This document shows, one piece after another, positions 25,231-36,824 of a DNA stretch of 64,000 nucleotides. Every line of letters starts with the position of its first letter. Within the stretch, counting starts at the first letter, position 1. Under the pieces are notes generated by a model. That model saw only the letters and a program-made list of their open reading frames with translations, was not told the origin of the DNA and did not search any database. The translations under genes were made by a program, and so were the position numbers. This stretch comes from Octopus bimaculoides (lineage: Eukaryota), in contig NC_068982.1 in the NCBI RefSeq assembly GCF_001194135.2, positions 155,401,442-155,465,441 of the forward strand, read 5' to 3'.

Positions 25231-26372
25231 TCTTTATTGCCCACAAGGGGCTAAACATAGAAGGGACAAACAAGGACAGACAAAGGGATTAAGTCGATCA
25301 CATCGAGCCCAGTGCGTAACTGGTACTTAATTTATCAACCCCGAAAGGATGAAAGGCAAAGTCGACCTCGGCGGAATTTGAACTCAGAACGTAACAGCAG
25401 ATGAAATACTGCTAAGCATTTCGCCCAGCGGGGTAACGTATCTGCCAGCTCACCGCCTTATGTACGTGTTATGCCTGCATGTGACAGATGTACCTGCACA
25501 TCTGTAACATTCAGGCATAACTGTAATTAAGAAGTTTGTTTTGCAACATTTCAGGTTCAGTTCCACTGCATAGCACTTTGGGCTTATCCTTGTATTTGTG
25601 TTTGTCTCCCACCACTGCTTGACAATCAGTGTCGGTCTGTTTACAGCCATAACTTAGTTCAACAAAAGAGATTAGTAGAATAAGTACCAGACTTACCAAT
25701 CAATATTGGGGTCGATTTGTTCGATTCAACTCAAGGTGGTGCTCCAGTATGGGCGCACTCCAATGACTGAAACAAGTAAATGATAATGGATAACGTAGGC
25801 ACAAGTATGGCCACAGGCACAGGTGTAGCTGCATAGTTAAGAAACTTGCTACCCAACCACATAGTTTCAGGTTCAGTCACACTATATGGCACCTTGGGAA
25901 TGTGTCTCCCACTACAGGCTTATGAATTTGGTGGACAAAAACTGAAAAAAGCCTGTGTGTATGTGTGTGTTTATTTTGACATCATTTAATAGTTTCTATC
26001 ATGCAAGCAGTGTCCTTATTTCCTATTTTCCATGAAAATATTCAAAAATATTACCTTCTTGGAAACAGGTGACAGTTGCTGACAAGAAGGGCATCGAATC
26101 ATGAAAAAAAACTTGCCTCAAGAAATTTTGTCTAACCTAAGCAAACATGGAAAAGTTAACATTAAACAGATGATGATGATGACACACAAGGAACTCCACC
26201 TTTTATTTCTGTCTCCTTCATATATTATTCCATTCTGTTTGTGAAATCTGAGTCCACGAAATGCTTCAACAGAATACTAGTTATATATGTATATGTGTCA
26301 GTGTGTGTGTGTATGTGTGTGCATGCATGCATGCGAGTATGCATGTCAACAGGATTCAGTAAGGAGTCATAC

Positions 26373-26514
26373 AGGGATAGATTTCACAACTTCCAGAATA
26401 AAGCAAAAGGTTCACATTATTTATATATAAGAAATCTTTTAAGTCCCCTTTTTCAAATACTTTGTTAAAAATCATATCTTTTATAGTGTTAGACATTATC
26501 AATATCTTTGCGTA
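26373..26514 (-). CDS. Candidate downstream exon (YAKILIMSNTIKDMIFNKVFEKGDLKDFLYINNVNLLLYSGSCEIYP)
   Basis: Acceptor gttttaactgttctgctag|, 47 open codons, donor CT|GTATGA; phase 0 in matches exon 2. Confidence 0.33.
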
Positions 26515-27431
26515 CTAGCAGAACAGTTAAAACATCAGATAATCTGGTTCTTTACATTCTGAGCTCAAATCCAGCTGAGGTCATTGTTGCCTTCCATCTT
26601 CCATGGTTCAATAAAACAAAGCCCCAGTCAAGGCTGAAATAATCAACTCCTCCTCAACTTGTGGCCTTGAGCTTATGTTATATATATTATAAAGAGCAGT
26701 GGAATAGCAACACTTTGTGGCAGTTAATTGTTTGAGTTCAAATTCCAAACTGGTCGGTTTTGCCTTTCAACTCTTTGGAATTCATCATCATCATCGTTTA
26801 ACATCCATTTTCCAAGCTAGCATGTGTTGGACAGTTTTGGCAAGAGTTGGCCAGCCAGTGAGCTGTCCAGACACAAATTGTCTGCAGTGGTATGGGTTCT
26901 ACAGCTGGAGGCCCACTAGTCAAGTATGGGGTTGATGAAATCAACGACTCCGCACTCCAAAGTTTCAGGATTTGTGCTTAAGCTAGCAACATTATTATTA
27001 TTTGCCAAAATGTTATCATATCAGGCAAAATGTCCAGTAGTATTTAGTAGCAGACCCTTTAAGTTTTTTGAGTCCAGTTGATACTGGGTCATCTTCACTT
27101 TTCCTCTTTCTGGTGGGGGGTGTCAACAAAATAAAGTACCAATCAAGTACTGGGAACAATTTAAATGATTAATCCATTCCCCCAAATATGTGCCTATGTC
27201 AGAAACTATTTATGATTATTATTATTATAGTAGTTTTGAAATTGCTGTAATTTAAAATAAGTCCTTGGTCTTCATTTAATTACATAACTTTAATTTTTTG
27301 AATCTGTAGTGTTTCTATAATTCTTATGAGATTTGCCAGTTTTAATTTTACAGCAATCTTACTTTACATTTTTTTCTTTTTTTTTTTTTACTTGCTGGGC
27401 CAGAAGGAAGAGGTAATGCCCAAGACCTTAC

Positions 27432-27541
27432 CATGCCCTTTGAAACTAATGAGATTGGTACCAATAATGTTCTATCTAAACTGTTGCAAGTTGACACAGA
27501 AAAGACACAATCAAGCAGGAAAATTCCAGATGCTTGATGCT
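27432..27541 (-). CDS. Possible further or alternative exon (xHQASGIFLLDCVFSVSTCNSLDRTLLVPISLVSKGM)
   Basis: CTAAC branch-like motif, ttcttctccag| acceptor, ATG|GTAAGG donor. Open only as phase 1 in, which does not join exon 2 directly. Confidence 0.22.
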
Positions 27542-27990
27542 CTGGAGAAGAACTAGATATGGTAGTTAGAGTGGGGCCCTCTTAGAACTTCCCACAACCT
27601 TGTACCAACAAATTATTGAACAAATTATGAACTATTTTTAAAAACTACATTTACTTTCAACAGTCTTCATTCAGTATGGTAGAATGGTGTTTTTACTTCA
27701 TTTTCCTACATCCATTAGTCATTACTACTTCAGATATTCTTTTTATTTTCTTTAACTCAGCAAAAGGGACTAGCCCATAGCCTAATAACTTACAGGGTAT
27801 TGAAGATGTATATAATAAGTGTCTTCCATCAAAATTTTTTTTACATATGAGCAAACATATTTTTTTATATATAAACCATTTTTTTTCAATGTATCATTTT
27901 AATTCTTTATACTTGTATATAGAAAAGTCTTACAATATTTTTTTTTCTTCTTGAAATCAAAGTCAGAAGACTTTCCTTTCAGATACTTAC

Positions 27991-28042
27991 CATTGTGGGA
28001 TTAAAGTTAAACAAATCCAGAAGTTGAAAAGGCTTTACCTGA
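27991..28042 (-). CDS. Candidate exon 2 of the unidentified gene ((C)QVKPFQLLDLFNFNPTM)
   Basis: Acceptor attttgtctgttag|, donor ATG|GTAAGT; phase 2 in and phase 0 out keeps the frame open; 255-bp intron from exon 1. Confidence 0.42.
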
Positions 28043-28297
28043 CTAACAGACAAAATCCAGTAGTCTTTTAAATCGAACAATATGAAAGGGTATATTTGAA
28101 AGATGTTTATGTTTGACATTGGTCATCTCAACAATGACTGCAGCAAATATAGTCACGCAAGGTGCATATTTAATTACAATTTCTATTTCTGATATTTAAA
28201 TAGGCTCCTTTTGCGAAACAAAAAGCAATTTTTACAGACACTTTTTTTTTTGCCTAAAATCCAATGTAATTATACAAGCTGCCAACAACTGACTTAC

Positions 28298-28413
28298 CAT
28301 TCTATCTCTTTTATAGATATAGGGATTCTTTTATCACTTATTTCAAACAGCAAGTTAATAATTTTAAATAAAATATTGTCACAGGTTTGAAAATTATTAA
28401 TATTTCTGTTCAT
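28298..28413 (-). CDS. Candidate first coding exon of an unidentified gene (MNRNINNFQTCDNILFKIINLLFEISDKRIPISIKEIE)
   Basis: ATG followed by 38 open codons to donor TG|GTAAGT (phase 2); frame-compatible with the next exon. Confidence 0.4.
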
Positions 28414-28843
28414 TTATTTTCAGACTTTTGTGATCTTAAACGAGTTTTTTTTTTGTTTTTTTTTAAGGTGACTATCATTTTTTTTTTTTTGCATTTCCCT
28501 ATATTATTATTATTTCCATGAAATTGTGAATATATTCGAAATTCTAAGAACCAATTATACTTAACCAAAATAAAAACTCTTCTAAAATTATATATTTAGA
28601 AATATACAATTCGTTTAATTTTTTTTTTTTTTCGTTATTTTCCGACATATTTTCACCAAGGACGACCATTACCAGAAATTACACAACAGTAATTTTTTTT
28701 TTTTTTAAATTCTTTGTCTGATTTTTCTGTCTTTGGGAGAGGTTTTCTAAAAATAATACGCCGGCAAAAGAGAGAAAGAATGAAAAACAATAAAGGCAAC
28801 ACAAAATCTCGAGTCGTAAGAGATTTTACACACAGCAACACCA

Positions 28844-29111
28844 CACTTCCGCCATGCCACGTTGTTCTATTTTCTTCTTACTTTGTGTGTGTTCATTTCA
28901 TTATCTTTTTTTTTTCAAATTTGTCTTTCTTCTGTTTTTTTGTATTTTGATTTTTTTTTTTCAATATTAGTATCAATAAACAAATGTTATGCACTATGTT
29001 CTAAAGTGAATTATAGTAAAATAAAGAATTATATATGACCGCTTGCTTCCCAGCCACATATAAGCAGAACGCCATATTGAATATCAAATGAGGTTTTGAA
29101 AGATGACGTCA
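28844..29111. promoter_or_regulatory. Promoter-like motif cluster: ETS/YY1 CACTTCCGCCAT (28844-28855), YY1-like CGCCATATT (29070-29078), CRE TGACGTCA (29104-29111)
   Basis: Motifs read directly in non-repeat sequence just upstream of the minus-strand candidate gene. Confidence 0.35.
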
Positions 29112-29334
29112 ATGCGTCATATGATCTTCCTGCTGTTTGTGATTCAGAAATCGTTCTGGATGCTTTACAAATTTAATTTTAGGGTAGCTTCCTTCTTAAC
29201 TATCAACTTGGTGCGTTTTCCATCAGTTTTGTTAGATTTATTTTTTCTTGTTAACCATCAATTTGATGAATTTTAGTTTACTGGTTTTCATCTTATTTAA
29301 CCATTTATTAACAGTCTGCTGTGTCTGGGGAGAT

Positions 29335-29420
29335 TCAGAGTGCCTAAATATAACACACTCACCGGTTCAATAAATGAGTGGAAATTGAACTGGTGCGTGT
29401 GTTATATTATGGCACTATGA
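29335..29420. ncRNA. Pre-miRNA-like hairpin (candidate)
   Basis: 33-bp arms at 29339-29371 and 29384-29416 with 4 differences (one G-U), 12-nt loop, and a further short basal extension. Confidence 0.3.
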
Positions 29421-30538
29421 CTCTCGTCAGACTCAACAAAATTTGTTTCAATATACGAATTCACATAAGGAATCTTGCAAATCAGATACAAAAGCATAAC
29501 AGTCTGCTTTTTAACGTAATTACTAAGATAAACTGTTAACCAAAACTAAGCTTTGATGAAAGACGTTCTAGCTTTCACCATCACGTCACATTTCTTTTAC
29601 AAGGACAGTGTTTCAAAGATTACAATATCCAATTTATTACTTTTTGATTATAGGAAGGATGGTAATTTTAAATAAATTTGCTTGCTATGTTTCACAGGCT
29701 TAACGACTGCACACAGGTTCAGCTTGGTACTTTTTTCTTGCTAACCATATATTAAATTCTTTTTAGTTTGCTAAATTTCTTGTTAGTTATTAAGTGGATG
29801 TTATTATTTAACCCTGAGTCAATTCTGATCAAATAGACTTATGATCAAAAGCATTTCAGTTGTAACCATCATATAAATATATATATATATGTAGGTATAT
29901 AGGTGCGTATATGCGTCACACAACTTAATAAACATATGCCATTGAAAGACAAGATACTCTGCCTTTCATCCAAGATAAAATATCTTATAGGTGTGCTGTG
30001 TTAAGAACAATATATATTGGAAGAGAAGGACAGAAAATTATCCCAGCAGGAACACCTGATGCATTTCAGCGGTGTTGGACCTTATCAATGATACACACAG
30101 CCACATGCTTATGCAAAATTTGTCTCTAGTATATAGGAAACACTAAGGCAATGAGCAGACACAAGTGTTGTTAGCTCAGTGGACAAAATGAATAGTGGTA
30201 TTTTATCCATCTTTACATTTTGAGTTCAAATCCCACCAAAGTCAACTTCATCTTTATTAGGGTTGGTAAAATCGGTACCAGTTAAGCACTGGTGTCAATG
30301 TAAATAACTTACCCCTCCCTTCAAATTAATGGCTTTATGCCAAAATTTGAGACCAATATATATGGGAAACACTGAATAATACATTAATGATATTGCAATA
30401 TGTGCCAGACTGAATAAAACATTAGTGTGTACAATTGAAGCAGTATTAAATTAAAATTGCCATTTATGTGTGTTACTTAACATATATGCACTGTTAGTAA
30501 GCAAGATACTGCAGTTTTACTTCCAATATATGTGTATG

Positions 30539-30752
30539 TAAGGTGGTGAGCTGGCAGAATGGTTAGCACGCCAGGCGAAATGCTTAGCGATATTTCATCT
30601 GTCTTTACACTCTGAGTTCAATTTCTATGAAGGTTGACTTGCCTTTCATCCTTCAGGGTCAATGAAACAAGTACCAGTTGAACACTGGGGTCAATGTAAT
30701 CGACTTAACCCCCTTCCTCAAAATTGCTGGCCTTGTGCCAAAACTTGAAACT
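30539..30752 (+). mobile_element. tRNA-derived SINE family A, full-length
   Basis: Pol III boxes and core as above; TSD of about 16 bp, AATATATGTGT(A/G)TGTA. Confidence 0.85.
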
Positions 30753-30857
30753 AATATATGTGTGTGTACACTTCATCATGAATCAGAAGTTAAATGATGA
30801 TGCTGATGTATGTATATTTATGTATTAGTATATATATATGCATTTATATATATATAT

Positions 30858-30909
<52 letters not shown>

Positions 30910-30911
<2 letters not shown>

Positions 30912-31270
30912 TCCTTATCATCATCATCATCATTGTTTAATGTCTGCTTTCCATGCTAGCATGGGTTGGACGATTTGACTGAGGACTAGCGAACCAGATG
31001 GCTGCACCAGGCTCCAATCTGATCTGGCAGAGTTCCTACAGCTGGATGCCATTCCTAATACCAACCACTCCGAGAGTGTATTGAGTGCTCTTACGTGCCA
31101 CCGGCATGAGGGCCGGTCAGGCAGCACTGGCAATGGTCACGTTCAAGTGGTGTTTTTACGTGCCACCGGCATAAGTGTCAGTAAAGCAACACTGGTAATG
31201 ATCACGTTCGAATGGTGCTTTTTACATAACATCAGCACAGAAGCCAGTCAGCTGCTCTGGCAGTCATCAC
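30910..31270 (-). mobile_element. RTE LINE 3'-end fragment. Similar short 3' ends at about 13000-13200(-), 14405-14562(+), 15320-15600(+), 23520-23720(-), 24280-24500(-), 26780-26900(-), 32890-33190(+), 35490-35645(+), 36790-37100(-), 45950-46260(-), 62600-62800(-)
   Basis: Shared terminal block GGAAGGGCATCCAGCTGTAGAAACT...CCCATGCTAGCATGGAAAGCGGACGTTAAA(CGAT/GAT)n. Confidence 0.85.
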
Positions 31271-31356
31271 GCTATGTATGTATATATATATATAAGTTTA
31301 AATAGAGGTAAAAGGGCCTTGTTAAGAGATAATTTTAATTTGAATATATATATATA

Positions 31357-31595
31357 TATATAGAAAAAAATTTTAATTAAGGTACTCAGAAACCTGGATG
31401 TTTGTACATTTACAGATTTTAATAATGTCACATATTAGATGAAGCGCTTTTCACCTAGTCGTGTAGGTAAACAATTTGAAAAACCTACACGACTAGGTGA
31501 AAAGCGCTTCATTTAATATGGGACATTAATAAAAATCTGTAAATGTACAAACATTCAGGTTTCTGAGTACCTTAATTAAAATTTTTTTCTATATA
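31357..31595. repeat. Near-perfect foldback: arms of about 112 bp, 14-nt loop
   Basis: Arms 31357-31468 and 31483-31595 differ at 4 positions; a single-arm homologue lies at 58802-58894. Confidence 0.95.
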
Positions 31596-33146
31596 ATTTC
31601 TGTACGTCACCTCCAAACCTTCAAATATATATATATATATAGGCATATTTGAATATATATAAAGTTTTCACAGTAATCCCACAAATCAAACACACTGCCC
31701 TTCATTATTGTTTTTATTTAAATTCTACTATTGCTTCCCCTGCCTTTCTGAACTAAATTTAGTCATGCAGATTATCGTACCTCATTCAAGTATAATTTTA
31801 ATGAAGATTTTTCGGCATGCTATATTATATATGTTAATGTCCTCTTTACTATTTGTTTTTCATGCAGTATGTACCTCTGGATATTTTTCATTTGTACTAT
31901 TTTATTATGCTACATAATCATCATCATCATCAACATCATTTAATCTCCACATTTTCATGCTTGCATGAGTCAGACGAAATTTGCTGAGGCAGCTTTTTTA
32001 CAGCTGGATGTTGTTCCTGTTGCCAACCTTCACCTGTTTCAACCCTCAAGGTAATATTCCCAGATATGCTTTCATGGAAGATTTGAAATGAAGGACATTA
32101 CTTGCAAGATTAGTGACATTCATTTACAACAATCACATAAAATCAATGCAAAGAAACAGTAACACACACATACACATATGTGACTGCCTTCTTTCAGTTT
32201 CTATCGACCAAATCCACTCCAAGGCTTTGGTTGGTTTAGGGCTATAGTGGAAGCTACTTGTCCAAGGTGCCATGCAGTGGGACTGAACCTGAGACCATGT
32301 GGTAGTGAAGCAAACTTCTTACCACACAGCTATGCCTGTGCCTAATGTTCATTAAAATTCTGTATTTGTTCAAATCGTTATAACAGTAAATTATGCTTTA
32401 CTAATGAGATCTAATAAATCTGAAACATGTCAGGAGTTTTCACTGTACTGCCACAGATCAAACTTGCTCTCCAATTTATTCCATTTTTAATTTATTTTAA
32501 TTCTGGGTTCTCTCCCTTACCTTTCTTGAGCAGAAATAGCAGTTCAGATAATGACTTTTCTCTTTACTTTTAATTAAACTGGCTGTGTAATTTTAATTTA
32601 ATTGGCTCATTGCATTAAGTATGTTGGCACCCTCTTTACTAAAGGCACAACAAGCTTCTTAACTTTCTTCTCTCTAACCACAACTTTTTAACTGAGTGCC
32701 CTTTAGCATTCTTGCTAGCCATTAAACTAGAGGCCATTTAACTCAGTGCCTTTCTTCGCATTAACCATTTTCTGGATGCTTTCAATTTTCAGTTTCATAT
32801 TTTGTTAAAGCCCACACCACCTTGATGAAGAACAATCAGTTTATTTATTCACAGACTATCATAGCTACATTTTTTTCTTTATCTATTCCCGTGCAGGTGG
32901 CACGTAAAAACACCTTTTTGAGAGTGGCCGTTGCCAGTACTGTGTGACTGGCCCTCATACCGGTGGCACGTAAAAGCACCCACTACACTCTCGGAGTGGT
33001 TGGCATTAGGAAGGGCATCCAGCTGTAGAAACTCTGCCAGATCAGATTGGGGCCTGGTGCAGCCTTCTGGCTTTCCAGTCCTCAGTCGAATTGTCCAACC
33101 CATGCTAGCATGGAAAGCGGACATTAAACGATGATAATGATGATGT

Positions 33147-33188
<42 letters not shown>

Positions 33189-33704
33189 ATCTAAGACATA
33201 ATGATAAAGAAAAAGATTATATTTACTTTTTTTAATTTGATATCCAATTTCACCTCAAACGTAATTGAGCAGTTTTAAAAAACTTCTTTGTGAAAAGGAA
33301 CAAAGACTAAGTAACTGTTGTTGTTGTTCTTGTTCTTGTTGTTGCTGTTGCTGCTGTTGCTGCTGTGGCTGTTGCTGTTGTTCAACCACAGGTCAACATT
33401 AATCAAGCAGAGTGATAAGAAAGAAGCATTCTATTCCTGACCTTAAATATTTTTCTAAGACACAGAAATATTATATATCTAGGACTGCATTATCCAATAT
33501 ATCCCTTTTTAAAACTATAGTTTGTGATTTGATGTAGATCTGGCTGTTATTTCTAACAAGCTGGGAGATAACATAGAGACTCTTTTGTTGAATCACTTGC
33601 AACAGGTGTATAAACCATCAATATGGCATAACAGTTTATTTCAATTTATAGAATTGTTTCCTATTTGAATGCAATTGATTTTTCAAAGAAAGGAAGCTTT
33701 AGAA

Positions 33705-33850
33705 CAGGCATGGTCAACCTTTTACAAAAAGCAAGCTGTATGAGACATGACTAATTATCAGATGGACTGCACGACTAAAAAAGTTCAAGGTAATTTTTTG
33801 TTAGGCATGCCCTTCAGAGAGTCCTATGGGTTGCAGTTTGCCCATGACTG
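33705..33850. mobile_element. Small hAT MITE (146 bp)
   Basis: TIRs CAGGCATGGTCAAC / GTTTGCCCATGACTG; perfect 8-bp TSD CTTTAGAA. Confidence 0.88.
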
Positions 33851-34094
33851 CTTTAGAACTTCTATTGACATGAAATATGGAGAAATAATGTAGTATATAA
33901 GAAGTTAAATCTCTAAATATGTTTTCTTTTATTCTACTAAACGCATTGAAAGGCTGCTTTATTTGCTGGAATATTTAGAAGAAAACATTTTGTGCTGTTT
34001 CAAAATTTTCCAAAAATTTTGTTGCAAATATCAAAATGATTACACCTAAGAGAAGTTGCTTCTCCTTTGTTCACCTTTGGTAAATATAGCCTTG

Positions 34095-34530
34095 ACTAAG
34101 AGGAATTCATCATCAGATGGTGTCAACAATCTTTGGATATTTTGACCCTGAACTGTAACACCTTCCTGCTAGTGTGTCTGTAGTGGTGGCCAGATCACTG
34201 CTCATCATCTCTTCCTGTCTTTCAGTCAAACTCTTCTCTTTTGTTCTATAACCAATAAGGAACTCTTTCAGCTGCATCAACCATCCTGCATGCAGCTGTC
34301 TTTCTCTCTTCTTTGTATTCCAATGGCTGTAAGCATTCTCCCTGTAATCCTGCAAGTTTCTAGCACTTGGGCCCCCTCTATTCACAGGCTTAATTGCTCT
34401 TTTCTTCATATGAGACTGTAAACTCAATCATGACTATCTTCTTTGCCTCCACCACAAAAATACAACTGGCCTCAAAGTTGACTGAATGACCTGGAGCAAG
34501 TGCAGTCTTTATCCCAAATCTATCTGCATA
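34095..34530 (-). mobile_element. Remnant of a restriction-like-endonuclease LINE (HERO/NeSL-like) C-terminus
   Basis: KKIVMIEFTVSYEE (cf. IELTVPWEE) and DAAERVPYWL (cf. AAExASRWLW); frameshifted. Confidence 0.6.
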
Positions 34531-35652
34531 TATTCCATAATGGAACATTTTATAATAAACTGTTTGTTCTACTTGCTGTAGTCAGTGGCTTTTCTCTTTC
34601 CCTCACAAACTTTTTACATAAAAACTTGATTGACCAACAATTACATTATGACTAACAGTTTTACTGACTATCATCAGTTCATCAGGTGTGGACACTAATG
34701 CACCTCCATTCTATAACTATGTGAACATCCAAAGAATGAAGGTGGATTAATATTATTACTGATTGAACTGATAGTCCCCTTAAACTGACAGCCATAATAT
34801 AATCAATGGTTAAATCCAGTGCATTAATAAAATTATTTGATTCTGCGTTTTCGTTTTAAGTTCAATGCTGTTGAAAATTAATTCACCCCCTTCTTTTAAG
34901 TATTATTAACAGTGGACTTCATCCCTCCTCCCGCCACCACTAAACCACCAAATTACCTCCCCTCATGCACTCTGCTTGACTCTCTCCTCTCTCTCCAATT
35001 CCTGTAGCCATCCTGTCCACATGTCATCTCTCTCTTGTCCTCCTCCTGTAAACTGTATCATGATTCTATCACTATTACTATCCTGCTGCTCTCCTCCACT
35101 ATCTTCTACATCGCTCTACCTTCCCCAACTCATCCATCACTCCCTATATCCACCATTCAAACTTACCCAATCTTTAAAGTTGTAGCCTACCTCCCTTCAC
35201 CCCCATCTCTTGCTCCCCCTACACTCTTATAACTCCCCACCACTCACCCACATTCCTAGTTTCACTATCGCAGCATAATTCTGCTCACTGAATCTTGAGC
35301 AGAATCCTGAACTTGCAGCTTCGACTGATCATTCCCATTCTCTCTCCTAAAAGTGAGTAACCCTGTAGCTCCTCAACGAGAACCTGCTTGCCCCTCCCTC
35401 CTTCCTTCTTTCATACTTTAACCCTCTCATTTTCTTGCATAAATTCTCCCACCCCACCAAGTTTTTGTAGTCTCACAAGCTGCACTGTGACCTCACGAGT
35501 GCCAGTGGCACAAAAAAGGCATCCAACCATGGAAATTGTACCAAAGTAGACACTAGAGCAAGATATGGTCCTTAGACCCATCAAATCTTGCCAAACCATC
35601 CATCCCATGCCAGCATGGAACAGATGTTAAATGATGATGATAATATATATAT

Positions 35653-35684
<32 letters not shown>

Positions 35685-35685
35685 C

Positions 35686-36005
35686 GAGACCTTTGGAAAT
35701 GTGCTGTGCGTGAGAAGACCCGGCAAGCCAAGTAAGATCGTTGCAAGTGCCCCTGGACTGGTTCTTGTGCGGGTGGCACATGAGATGCACCATTTTGAGC
35801 GTGGCCATTGCCAGTACCGCCTGACTGGCTCCTGTAGGATTTTCGAGCGAGATCGTTGCCAGTGCCCCTGGACTGGCTTGTGCGGGTGGCACATAAAAGA
35901 CACCATTTCGAGCGTGGCCGTTTGTGCTTTTACGTGCCACCAGCACAAGGGTGAGTCAGGCAGTACTGGTATCGGCCACACACAAATGGTACTTTTTACA
36001 GTCCA
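35686..36005. mobile_element. RTE ORF end and 3' UTR (+) abutting an inverted UTR piece (-)
   Basis: 35686-35921 nearly identical to 22737-22961. Confidence 0.75.
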
Positions 36006-36358
36006 CACTCTAAAGCATTAGAGCAGTAGTATGTTTAGAAGGTTGTTTGTTAACACACACGCACATATGTATATATGTAAACACACATATACATACATTC
36101 ATCCATCCATACTAATATGTATGTATGTGTGTGTATGTGTGTGTGTGTGTGTGTGTGTGTAGGTGCCAGCATGGTTATGTGATAGGAAGTTTGCTTCCCA
36201 ACTATGTGATTCAGAGTTCAGTCCGACTGCATAACTACCTGGCACCAAGTGCAAGTGTTCTCTACTATAGCCCCAGGTCAACTAAAGCCTTGTGTGTGGA
36301 TTTGGGAGAAAGAAACTGAATGTAGCTCATCATATATGTGTGTGTGTGTGTGTGTGTT

Positions 36359-36562
36359 CGAGGAGGTGCTGAAAAGTTCCTGGATTTGGGTAAAAGAAAA
36401 TACAGGTAGATCAGTTAATTATGATTTTATTCAACATATCCCCCCACCTGTTGCAGTAGTACTTCAGTTTTTCTAAGCCTAGTAAAAGAACTTAGAAAGT
36501 TGGGCTTTCAGCCAGGCCTTTCCTGATACCCTAAAAACGAAGAACTTTTCAGCATTCCTTCG
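36359..36562. mobile_element. Mariner-type MITE nested in the (TG)n linker of a SINE
   Basis: TIRs CGAGGAGGTGCTGAAAAGTTC / GAACTTTTCAGCATTCCTTCG, followed by TA on the right. Confidence 0.8.
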
Positions 36563-36789
36563 TATATATATGTACTTGTGTTTTTCACCTCTGCCCGCTT
36601 GATAACTGGTGTTGATTTGTTTACATCCTTATAACTTGGCAGTTCAGCAAAAGAGACCAATAGAATAAGTACCAAGCTTAGAAAAAAAGCACTGGAATCA
36701 ATCCATTTGACATCATCTCTTCAAGATGGTGCCCCAGCATGACCACAGTCCAATGACTGGAACAACTAAAAGACAAGAGGTATACATGT

Positions 36790-36824
<35 letters not shown>

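Noticed and set aside
27326-27556. Plus-strand ORF or possible terminal exon (EGRGNAQDLTMPFETNEIG...)
   Set aside because: No linked plus-strand exons or homology; overlaps a competing minus-strand exon candidate
27794-27920. Minus-strand donor CCCT|GTAAGT
   Set aside because: No acceptor yields an open frame compatible with the flanking candidate exons
30539-30625. tRNA gene-like A/B boxes
   Set aside because: SINE heads: no complete cloverleaf, followed by SINE core and flanked by TSDs
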